DNA of 6,385 nucleotides from a virus (Duplodnaviria; Heunggongvirae; Uroviricota; Caudoviricetes): IMG/VR virus record IMGVR_UViG_2711768004_000007; one strand, 5' to 3'. Shown piece by piece: positions 1 to 5,905 of this stretch (position 1 is its first letter; each line of letters starts with the position of its first letter). The notes under the pieces were generated by a model. It saw only the letters and a program-made list of their open reading frames with translations, ran no database searches and was not told where the DNA came from. The position numbers and the translations under genes were made by a program.

Positions 1-107
1 CTCTCGTCTGGGGAATATCTCCCCGGCAGCCTTCAGGGAAAAATATCATCAGATGGCTGCTTAAAAAAAGAACAAATGGTAGTGTCCGCTATTGCCAGTA
101 CACCTCA
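1..107. repeat. Left arm of a 107-bp perfect terminal inverted repeat (partner 6279..6385)
   Basis: Reverse complement of 6279..6385 matches 1..107 base for base; the match ends at position 108 (g here, t in the partner). Confidence 0.9.
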
Positions 108-141
108 GGATAGCGGTCATGTGATGCCGGTTTCCCGGTAA
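1..141 (+). CDS. 3' end of a hypothetical ORF open to the left window edge; shares its first 107 nt with the right-edge gene, then a short unique tail (QDSGHVMPVSR) to TAA at 139-141
   Basis: No in-frame stop from position 1 to 138; internal ATG at 76; identical to the N-terminal region of the 6080..6385 minus-strand ORF through the repeat. Could be a truncated remnant. Confidence 0.3.
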   Translation, partial: LSSGEYLPGSLQGKISSDGCLKKEQMVVSAIASTPQDSGHVMPVSR

Positions 142-286
142 CTCAGCACCGGTATCTGAGTCAACGTTTTCTCTACTGGGTCATTTCCGATACGCCCTGC
201 CTGCTGACAGGCTTTCATCACATCTGAAAATATAGCACCCTGACTGATACTGTAGTACCTAAGGTTCCAGAAACTGTGATGTATCC

Positions 287-314
287 GGCACAGAAAAGCC
301 CCTCCGGAGAGGGC
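287..314 (-). terminator. Weak candidate intrinsic terminator (minus strand)
   Basis: Short GC hairpin at 298..314 (ccctc/gaggg stem, cgga loop, one bulge), followed on the minus strand by UUUUCUGUG. Confidence 0.3.
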
Positions 315-510
315 TGGAGAGTGGCGCTATGTGCCATTGCATGATGCCGGGTGCCTCCCGGTGAATTCAGTACCAGCACCTGAATCCGCGATTATCCCAT
401 ATACCTACTCGCTGATTGCCCCTCCGCACAGGGGGATTCACCATGCCAGTTTCTTTTAACAAACTCCCCGCAAAACAGACAACTGTCAACCGTCTGAATT
501 GTGAGACATT

Positions 511-537
511 TAAAAAAAAGGCCCGCAAAAGCGAGCC
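511..537 (-). terminator. Rho-independent terminator downstream of the tRNA array
   Basis: Minus-strand RNA GGCUCGC-UUUU-GCGGGCC forms a 7-bp stem including one U-G wobble, followed by U8 (plus-strand A8 at 512..519). Confidence 0.75.
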
Positions 538-551
538 AGGGAAAATAAGTG

Positions 552-628
552 TGGCGCGTTGTACTGGATTCGAACCAGTGACCGATTGCTTAGAAGGCAA
601 TTGCTCTGTCCGGCTGAGCTAACAACGC
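552..628 (-). tRNA. tRNA-Arg, anticodon UCU (reads AGA/AGG), 77 nt, CCA encoded
   Basis: Hand-folded cloverleaf: acceptor GCGUUGU/ACAACGC, D stem GCUC/GAGC, anticodon stem AUUGC/GCAAU with loop CUUCUAA, T arm ACUGG-UUCGAAU-CCAGU, discriminator G. Architecture resembles E. coli argU. Confidence 0.85.
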
Positions 629-641
629 ATGATGCAGATAA

Positions 642-718
642 TGGACCGCCATCGGGGACTTGAACCCCGCGCAGCCAGCTTCGAAGGCTGGCGCTCTTTC
701 CTGATGAGCTAATGGCGG
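642..718 (-). tRNA. tRNA-Arg, anticodon UCG (reads CGA), 77 nt, CCA encoded, discriminator U
   Basis: Hand-folded cloverleaf: acceptor CCGCCAU/AUGGCGG, D stem GCUC/GAGC, anticodon stem CCAGC/GCUGG with loop CUUCGAA, T arm CGGGG-UUCAAGU-CCCCG. Confidence 0.75.
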
Positions 719-725
719 TATGTGA

Positions 726-801
726 TGGTGGCCCTTGCTGGATTTGAACCAGCGACCTGGCGATTATGAGTCGCTCGCTCTCACCACTGAGCTAAAGGGC
801 C
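726..801 (-). tRNA. ileZ: tRNA-Ile2 type, anticodon CAU (lysidine-type, reads AUA), 76 nt, CCA encoded
   Basis: Cloverleaf with anticodon loop CUCAUAA; overall sequence closely resembles E. coli ileX (GGCCCcUUAGCUCAGUGGUuAGAGC...GGUUCAAaUCCAGCAgGGGCCACCA) as recalled. Symbol given by analogy to Stx-phage nomenclature. Confidence 0.85.
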
Positions 802-841
802 GGGAGCCGCATAATAACGACGCGTAATTAATTCTTCAATA

Positions 842-1900
842 TCATCCGTTCTGGCTGACTAAATCCTGTACTTCCCGAACCGTCTGCTCAAAACGTTCAG
901 TCTCCAGCTCAACGCCAATTGCACGACGCCCGAGCGCCAGTGCCGCTTTCACTGTCGAACCCAACCCCATGAAAAAATCTGCAATCAGGTCACCCGGACG
1001 ACTGCTAGCGCTGATTATCTGCTGCAGCATTTCTGCCGGTTTTTCGCACGGATGTTTCCCGGGATAGAACTGCACCGGTTTATGCGTCCACACATCGGTA
1101 TACGGCACCTGCACCGTCACGCCAAAATACCGCCGCAGATGTTTATATTCACTCAGCAGCTCCGCATACTGCCGGTTCAGTGAGGTATACGTATCCACCA
1201 GCTGGTGGTGGAGCTTTTCCAGTTCACCACGCCGATGCTTCTCTTCTGCCACCCGGGCAAACAGCGCCTGTAATTTCAGATAATCGCTTTCATTCGGCAA
1301 CTGCCACTGACCGGCACTGAACCAGTGCGACACCATGTTTTTCTTTCCTGTGGCATCTGCAATCTGTTTTGCCGTTATCCCCAGGGCAGCTCGCGCATCA
1401 CGAAAGTAAGAAATCAGCGGGGCCATCACATGCTGTTTCAGTGCACTGCCCTTCGCCGCATACCCGGCATCTTTCGGACGATACGGCCCCTGATAATGTT
1501 CCGCGAACAGAATGCGCTCTGTGGCGGGGAAATACGCCCGCAGGCTTTCCTTGTTGCATCCGTTCCAGCGTCCGGACGGCTTCGCCCAGATAATATGGTT
1601 CAGCACACTGAAGCGTTCACGCATCATGATTTCGATATCAGATGCCAGGCGATGACCACAGAACAGGTAAAGACTTCCGGCAGGTTTCAGCACCCGCCAG
1701 AACTGCGCCAGACACTGGTCCAGCCACTTCAGGTAATCATCGTCGCCCTTCCACTGGTTATCCCAGCCCTCAGGCTTCACTTTAAAGTACGGCGGGTCCG
1801 TGACTATCAGGTCAACAGAATTTTCGGGTAACGACCGGATAAATTCCAGGCAGTCGGCGTTGATTAACTCACAACTGGATATTTTTACAGTATTAAGCAT
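842..1900 (-). CDS. DNA N6-adenine methyltransferase, DPPY motif N-terminal and FxGxG SAM-binding motif C-terminal (phage Dam-like orphan MTase), 352 aa
   Basis: ORF 842..1900 contains ...VDLIVTDPPYF... near the N-terminus and ...DFFMGLGSTVKAALALGRRAIGVE... near the C-terminus, the motif IV then motif I order typical of beta-class amino-MTases. No adjacent restriction endonuclease gene. Confidence 0.88.
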   Translation of the reverse strand: MLNTVKISSCELINADCLEFIRSLPENSVDLIVTDPPYFKVKPEGWDNQWKGDDDYLKWLDQCLAQFWRVLKPAGSLYLFCGHRLASDIEIMMRERFSVLNHIIWAKPSGRWNGCNKESLRAYFPATERILFAEHYQGPYRPKDAGYAAKGSALKQHVMAPLISYFRDARAALGITAKQIADATGKKNMVSHWFSAGQWQLPNESDYLKLQALFARVAEEKHRRGELEKLHHQLVDTYTSLNRQYAELLSEYKHLRRYFGVTVQVPYTDVWTHKPVQFYPGKHPCEKPAEMLQQIISASSRPGDLIADFFMGLGSTVKAALALGRRAIGVELETERFEQTVREVQDLVSQNG

Positions 1901-1932
1901 GGATCATTAAGCCTGTCTCTGATAGGCTCATT

Positions 1933-1951
1933 CTGCTTTTGCGCAAAGCAG
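1933..1951. promoter_or_regulatory. 19-bp imperfect dyad CTGCTTTtgcgcAAAGCAG in the methyltransferase leader (candidate operator or RNA hairpin)
   Basis: 7-bp arms ctgcttt/aaagcag around a 5-nt centre; lies about 30-50 nt upstream of the MTase ATG at 1900. Confidence 0.25.
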
Positions 1952-1992
1952 TGGGCCTGAGGTTTGCTTGTGAACCCAACGCATGAGCAGAT

Positions 1993-2023
1993 GGCTGGTG
2001 GGTGCCCCTAACACCCACCAGCC
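1993..2023. repeat. Perfect 12-bp inverted repeat (hairpin) with 7-nt loop
   Basis: ggctggtgggtg (1993..2004) and cacccaccagcc (2012..2023) are exact reverse complements; each arm carries the Chi octamer GCTGGTGG (plus strand 1994..2001, minus strand 2015..2022). No T-tract follows on either strand. Confidence 0.6.
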
Positions 2024-2038
2024 GCCCATTTACCACAA

Positions 2039-2064
2039 ATAAAAAAGCCTTCACTGCGGAAGGC
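2039..2064 (-). terminator. Rho-independent terminator overlapping the stop codon of the 65-aa ORF
   Basis: Minus-strand RNA GCCUUC-CGCAGU-GAAGGC (6-bp stem) followed by UUUUUUAUUUG. Confidence 0.55.
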
Positions 2065-2248
2065 GTCTGTAACAACCGAACTGATAGTCTGCCAGACCCG
2101 CCATAACCAGCTGGGTCAGTATTAACTGGCAGCGTTCGCGTGAAAGGTAAGTATTCTGCGCTATCTCCCCGACTGTCGCCGGTTCGGTAACGCTTAATTC
2201 ATTAAACACCACTCTGGCGGTTTCTGTCATATCCTGCTGTTTTAGCAT
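2051..2248 (-). CDS. Small (65 aa) winged-helix DNA-binding protein, FaeA/PapI-like by sequence pattern
   Basis: AAGGA Shine-Dalgarno 6 nt upstream of the ATG at 2248. The segment ATVGEIAQNTYLSRERCQLILTQLVMAGL resembles the recognition helix and wing of PapI/FaeA and the LexA N-terminal domain (recalled, not searched). First gene downstream of tR'. Confidence 0.55.
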   Translation of the reverse strand: MLKQQDMTETARVVFNELSVTEPATVGEIAQNTYLSRERCQLILTQLVMAGLADYQFGCYRRLPQ

Positions 2249-2368
2249 GTCTTTTCCTTTTCCGGTTAACGTGACACACCAATAACTCTTGTCGAAAAAG
2301 CCAGCAAGCTGAAAGACAGGTATTCACCGCCACCAGCGCGTTTACTGTACTGACGCGATTTCAGTCAT

Positions 2369-2390
2369 AAAAAACCCGCTCGGCGGCGGG
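2369..2390 (-). terminator. tR'-like intrinsic terminator about 45 nt downstream of the pR'-like start site
   Basis: Minus-strand RNA CCCGC-(6-nt loop)-GCGGG followed by UUUUUUA; sits about 40-65 nt downstream of the candidate late promoter, matching the short 6S-like RNA arrangement of lambdoid pR'/tR'. Confidence 0.65.
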
Positions 2391-2437
2391 TTGTAGAAAC
2401 TCTTCTAACGTCAGGCATAAAACGCCCATCGTTATAA

Positions 2438-2467
2438 CGAATTTACCACAGATTCCGGAAAAATCAA
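2438..2467 (-). promoter_or_regulatory. pR'-like late promoter: -35 TTGATT, 16-bp spacer, extended -10 TGgTAAATT
   Basis: Minus-strand TTGATT (2467..2462) and TAAATT (2445..2440) preceded by TG; TAAATT is the -10 hexamer of lambda pR'. Lies 6 nt after the Q-like gene stop. Confidence 0.6.
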
Positions 2468-2472
2468 CCTTG

Positions 2473-3294
2473 TTACCTAGTTACCTTTTTTAACTGCCGC
2501 TCAGCCCATGCTTCTTCAATATCAAACCGGGTCACCAGCGCATCATAAAATTTCTTAACTGTTTTTTCCCATGACGCGCGTGTTATCTGGTTTGTCACCT
2601 CGCATATAGCATTAAATGCCTCCGTTGATGGTAGTCTTTCATAGCCACGACCACCACAACGCTGGCAGTCTCTGATAACAGGCATACCACGTTTTACCGA
2701 CTCTTCACGATGAATGGCGACACCACGCCCACGGCAATCCTTACAGGCGGTGGAAACCTCACCCTTTCCGCCACACTCCGGACAGGCAACTTTTACCACC
2801 TCCCTGACTTTTTTCCATTCTTCCCAGTAAGACGGATACACACCTTTCGTACACTTTGCCCATACCGGCGGCTTACCATCCGGATACTGGATCTTGTTTG
2901 TAAAAACCTCGCTTTCAATAAATTTTTTTCCGTGACAGCAGGGGCACTGTTTTTTGCTCGCCGCGCTACGGGCATAATCTTCAAACGCATACGAAGCCAT
3001 AATACGCATCACTGCCGGTTTTATTTCTGCCGGGAGTTTTCTTAACGCCGCCACGCGATCACACCGACTGAGTGCATATTCTGTCAGCAATTCTGTTGCC
3101 CGCTCTCTGTCATTCATACTAATGCCCATTTTCCCAAGGAACGCAGAAACCCCCATCTCAGCCCGATTCTGTGTCATGCCCTGCGCGGCCATCACATCAG
3201 TGATACTCAGCGCATCTTTCGACGTTGAGGCCGATGCATCAGTCAGGCCGGGGGATTTTGGGGAGTAGTATTTCGGTAAATCTTCCAGTTTCAT
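2473..3294 (-). CDS. Putative late-gene antitermination protein Q (273 aa) with four CxxCxGxG zinc-finger-like repeats
   Basis: Positioned directly upstream of the pR'/tR' pair and after rusA, as in lambdoid phages. N-terminal MKLEDLPKYYSPKSPGL... resembles Q-family proteins from memory. Repeats CPCCHGKK, CPECGGKG, CKDCRGRG, CQRCGGRG. Start overlaps the rusA stop (ATGA). Confidence 0.6.
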   Translation of the reverse strand: MKLEDLPKYYSPKSPGLTDASASTSKDALSITDVMAAQGMTQNRAEMGVSAFLGKMGISMNDRERATELLTEYALSRCDRVAALRKLPAEIKPAVMRIMASYAFEDYARSAASKKQCPCCHGKKFIESEVFTNKIQYPDGKPPVWAKCTKGVYPSYWEEWKKVREVVKVACPECGGKGEVSTACKDCRGRGVAIHREESVKRGMPVIRDCQRCGGRGYERLPSTEAFNAICEVTNQITRASWEKTVKKFYDALVTRFDIEEAWAERQLKKVTR

Positions 3295-3671
3295 TTTTTG
3301 ACCTGCCCTTCAAGCATTATGGGATAAATCTTCACCCCCAGACGTCCACCAGATACTGGCTGAGCACGAACGATATTGATTTCATCAAACTGCTCATCGT
3401 CCATTAGCAACCCCGCATGCGTCAGCGCATCCAGCGGCGCTTTCAGAATATTGTCCAGGTCACGGCGGCGCTTATCCGGTGGTTCTGCAATAATTTTTAT
3501 TGCCAACCTTCCGGACAGGCTTAATTTCAGCCGCTGCTGGCGAACAATAAGCGCCACTGCCCGGCGATAACGCTCCCCGGCTTTTGATACAAAATATGTG
3601 CTGCCACGACGACGCCAGTAAGTGTTCACCGTCGGCGGGTAAGGTAAAACAAATTCTATGCGCTCGGTCAT
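3291..3671 (-). CDS. rusA: RusA-family Holliday junction resolvase (crossover junction endodeoxyribonuclease), 126 aa
   Basis: Clear similarity to E. coli RusA: VLPYPPTVNTYW..., DKRRRDLDNILKAPLDALTHAGLLMDDEQ..., GGRLGVKIY. The ATG directly follows the upstream stop (TAAATG). Confidence 0.9.
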   Translation of the reverse strand: MTERIEFVLPYPPTVNTYWRRRGSTYFVSKAGERYRRAVALIVRQQRLKLSLSGRLAIKIIAEPPDKRRRDLDNILKAPLDALTHAGLLMDDEQFDEINIVRAQPVSGGRLGVKIYPIMLEGQVKK

Positions 3672-4730
3672 TTATGCTTTCCACTTCAGAACACCCGAAT
3701 TTCTCGCGTGCATTAAAAAACGAATCAGCAACAACAGCTGACTGCCGTGTTTCTCTTCAAAATCTTTTACTCCGGCATGTAGTTCGTTACGGCATTTACG
3801 GCATAACGGAATAACAAACAAATCATCAGCCTTTGTTCCCATCCCTCCCAGTCCATGACCAATGATGTGATGCGGATCATCTGCCTGATTGCCACACGTC
3901 ATGCATTTCTGCGTTTTTACCCAGCGCGTGTATACAGGCATCTCTTCCCGTTGTGATTTCTGGCGCTGGAGATACTGAGCCGGTGACTCCGGATCAACGG
4001 CAATGCTGACCACCGTCTTTTCCTGTGGTGGGTTCTGTTGCTGGTGGACGTGAGGCAGTAACGCAATATTTTTTGTGCGCTGCTTCAGTATGCTGGTGGC
4101 TGTCTGCTCTCCCGGTATGATGTCGCTTTCACTGTACACAGAGCGAATTTTTTCCGCACGCAACCCCAGCGAACGACGTAATACCGCTTCCGGTAGCGCG
4201 TCCGCCACCTGATTGCGGACCGCCCACCAGGATAATTCAGCCAGAGATAATTCACGCTCCTGCGTACCGCTTATTGCGTGACCGATGACGTCAATCATCC
4301 ATGCTGACAGGTTTTGATGAGCAAGTTGCTCGAGTGATTCGGATGTCTGGTCACGCAGCTGGTTGTCGCAGTGCCAGCACAACACCATTGCGCCGGTACC
4401 ATAACGGTGAATGACGGTTTCGCTGTGATGATAATCGCCGTGTGGCCACTGGCAGGATTTAATATGGCGCAACAGCCAGTCAGACAATGCACCAGCACCA
4501 CCAGCAGCACGAATCACCCGTGCGTTACTGAAAAACGGCAGCAATGTTTTGTCTTCCACCAGCGGCTGGCGAGCGGCAGGAACGACCCCGGACGGCAGAT
4601 TACGCATGCTTTTTGGTTCCGGCTCCACCAGTATTCTGCCGTTATGGAATGCTGACATTGATTCACGGCCTGGCTTAACGATAACCAGACCGAGTTCCGG
4701 TACCAGAACAGGTCGAAGTAATACCCGCAC
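3672..4730 (-). CDS. DUF968-like lambdoid prophage protein (YdfU-like) with a Cys/His-rich C-terminal HNH-like motif; start codon uncertain (GTG 4730 or ATG 4658)
   Basis: Long ORF immediately upstream of rusA, the usual position of DUF968 genes in lambdoid prophages. C-terminus CMTCGNQADDPHHIIGHGLGGMGTKADDLFVIPLCRKCRNELH resembles the YbcO/DUF1364-type metal-binding nuclease motif (recalled). Confidence 0.55.
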   Translation of the reverse strand: MRVLLRPVLVPELGLVIVKPGRESMSAFHNGRILVEPEPKSMRNLPSGVVPAARQPLVEDKTLLPFFSNARVIRAAGGAGALSDWLLRHIKSCQWPHGDYHHSETVIHRYGTGAMVLCWHCDNQLRDQTSESLEQLAHQNLSAWMIDVIGHAISGTQERELSLAELSWWAVRNQVADALPEAVLRRSLGLRAEKIRSVYSESDIIPGEQTATSILKQRTKNIALLPHVHQQQNPPQEKTVVSIAVDPESPAQYLQRQKSQREEMPVYTRWVKTQKCMTCGNQADDPHHIIGHGLGGMGTKADDLFVIPLCRKCRNELHAGVKDFEEKHGSQLLLLIRFLMHARNSGVLKWKA

Positions 4731-4805
4731 ATTACCTCCAGATCCGTTGCTGGAATGTGCGGGACGGACGCGTTGGCCGTTCGGAGTAAGGGAGCCTGAC
4801 GGAGA

Positions 4806-5087
4806 TTATCCAGTGACGGTAGTCGAGGCTAAGGGCTTTTTTAACCTCGCATCCGCGCCTGCGGTAACACTGAATGAGCCATTCGGCCTGTTCTTCAGTG
4901 CATGGGGGATGCTGGTACCAATCAGATTTAAATGCGTGAGAGCGCCGCCCGTGCCTGCTGGCAAAGACGGCTGAATTATCAGAATTGTGTAGTCTGGAAG
5001 GCAGTGGCTGACAATAGCGCCATTCTCAACGCGCACAGTATAGAGGCCATCTTCACTAAAAATTTCACGTAATTCTTCGATTTTCAT
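4806..5087 (-). CDS. Hypothetical protein (93 aa from ATG 5087), possibly the 5' portion of a frameshifted gene
   Basis: GGAAGG 9 nt upstream of the ATG. A second frame stays open for 97 codons with no start codon from 5025 to the TAA at 4732..4734; see finding. Confidence 0.4.
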   Translation of the reverse strand: MKIEELREIFSEDGLYTVRVENGAIVSHCLPDYTILIIQPSLPAGTGGALTHLNLIGTSIPHALKNRPNGSFSVTAGADARLKKPLASTTVTG

Positions 5088-5169
5088 CAACAGAATCCTT
5101 CCAGATAAATAGCACTCCCCTGTTCGGGGTCCATCCCTCTTCTCCCTGCGCGCTACTTAAGTATTTTTG

Positions 5170-5199
5170 ATTCTATTCCGGCACCATCTAAAACTTCAA
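5170..5199 (-). promoter_or_regulatory. Candidate sigma70 promoter: -35 TTGAAG, 18-bp spacer, -10 TAGAAT
   Basis: Minus-strand hexamers at 5199..5194 and 5175..5170, just downstream of the strong terminator and about 80 nt upstream of the ATG at 5087. Confidence 0.35.
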
Positions 5200-5206
5200 A
5201 CGCGTT

Positions 5207-5239
5207 GAAAATAAAAACAAAAACCCGCCGAAGCGGGTT
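5207..5239 (-). terminator. Strong rho-independent terminator (tR2-like position)
   Basis: Minus-strand RNA AACCCGC-UUCG-GCGGGUU (UUCG tetraloop) followed by UUUUUGUUUUUAUUUUC. Confidence 0.7.
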
Positions 5240-5334
5240 AAGTGTGGGTGCATTGAGGATGCCTGCCCCATCAGAGGTGGCGAGGGATTTCTCCCCCGCC
5301 TGGTCTCTTACTCCTCAGGTTCGTAAGCTGTGAA

Positions 5335-5415
5335 NNNNNNNNNNNNNNNNNNNNNNNNNNNNNNNNNNNNNNNNNNNNNNNNNNNNNNNNNNNNNNNNNN
5401 NNNNNNNNNNNNNNN
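5335..5415. other. Assembly gap (81 N)
   Basis: Run of n characters; true length and content unknown. Flanking sequence suggests a minus-strand gene spans it. Confidence 0.99.
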
Positions 5416-5480
5416 TGAGACAGATAGCCTCAAGCACCCGCTGCAATTCTACTTAACTCTCCTTTTCCCGCAAACCGTTT

Positions 5481-5564
5481 TTATCCCCAGCGGCAAATCG
5501 AATACACCACCAGCGCCACCGCCATCGCAATTCCTACCGTTGTTAATGCTTCAGGCCAGGTCAT
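5481..5564 (-). CDS. 27-aa hydrophobic peptide ([27 protein letters not shown]), putative single-pass membrane peptide
   Basis: ATG overlaps the TGA stop of the upstream 114-aa ORF (ATGA); GGAGG about 10 nt upstream; hydrophobic core of about 20 residues. Too short for the ORF track. Confidence 0.4.
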   Translation of the reverse strand: MTWPEALTTVGIAMAVALVVYSICRWG

Positions 5565-5905
5565 CGTAAAATATCCTCCACGCTTATCAGTCCGTTCCGC
5601 TCCAGATAACTCATCGCCTTATCCGGTAATTTGCAGTCTGGCTTCGCTTTCCTCAGTTGCCAGGTTAACTGCTTTACCAGCATGGTTAACTCATCGACCA
5701 GACGCTGATATCCCACTGGTTTGTATTCATGCAATTTACCGGCTGGCTCTGCTGCCAGCGATACCAGTGCGATTTCCAGAACAGCAATATCCATCTTATA
5801 TGTGCGGATGATGTCATGGTCGATTGTGCCCGGTATGCACAGTCTCTGTGCTTCAATAGTCTCCTCTGCGTGAGCTATTAACTGCTCTCTGGTAAAAGTC
5901 GTCAT
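5561..5905 (-). CDS. Hypothetical small protein (114 aa), N-terminal domain paralogous to the upstream 55-aa ORF
   Basis: ORF with GAAGGGG upstream; start overlaps the stop of the 55-aa ORF (ATGA). Shares an MTTxT(K/R)E N-terminus and IAL(A/V)SL(E/A)AEP motif with it. Confidence 0.65.
   Translation of the reverse strand: MTTFTREQLIAHAEETIEAQRLCIPGTIDHDIIRTYKMDIAVLEIALVSLAAEPAGKLHEYKPVGYQRLVDELTMLVKQLTWQLRKAKPDCKLPDKAMSYLERNGLISVEDILR

Noticed and set aside
367-622. ORF-track ORFs 367..600 (-) and 416..622 (+)
   Set aside because: Both overlap the tRNA-Arg(UCU) gene and its terminator, have no convincing ribosome-binding site and give low-complexity translations; most likely spurious.
1325-1831. 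Plus-strand ORFs 1325..1831 and 1369..1593
   Set aside because: They lie antisense to, and fully inside, the well-supported methyltransferase gene; typical shadow ORFs.
1933-1951. Dyad CTG-N13-CAG as a LexA (SOS) box
   Set aside because: LexA boxes are CTG-N10-CAG with an AT-rich centre; here the spacing is 13 and the centre is GC-rich.
2024-2040. Second copy of TGTGGTAAAT (the pR' extended -10 core) as a second late promoter
   Set aside because: The hexamer here is TAAATG, with G at the critical last position, and there is no usable -35; probably coincidental.
1201-2337. Chi octamers (1201..1208 plus, 1994..2001 plus, 2015..2022 minus, 2330..2337 minus) as an enriched signal
   Set aside because: Four sites in 6.4 kb is close to normal Chi density in E. 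coli-like genomes; only the pair inside the 12-bp hairpin is worth noting.
2710-3045. ORFs 2710..3045 (+) and 2793..2990 (-) inside the Q-like gene
   Set aside because: Embedded in or antisense to the Q-like CDS, with no independent start signals.
3225-4655. ORFs 3225..3407, 3376..3570, 3472..3684, 3584..3814, 4295..4510, 4371..4655, 4514..4732 and 4549..4974
   Set aside because: All overlap the rusA or DUF968 coding frames in alternative frames or on the opposite strand; the main frames are supported by motifs and translational coupling.
5330-5569. Plus-strand ORF 5330..5569 beginning with a run of X residues
   Set aside because: It is translated through the N gap and so is an artefact of the unknown bases; the minus-strand 27-aa and 114-aa ORFs explain this region better.
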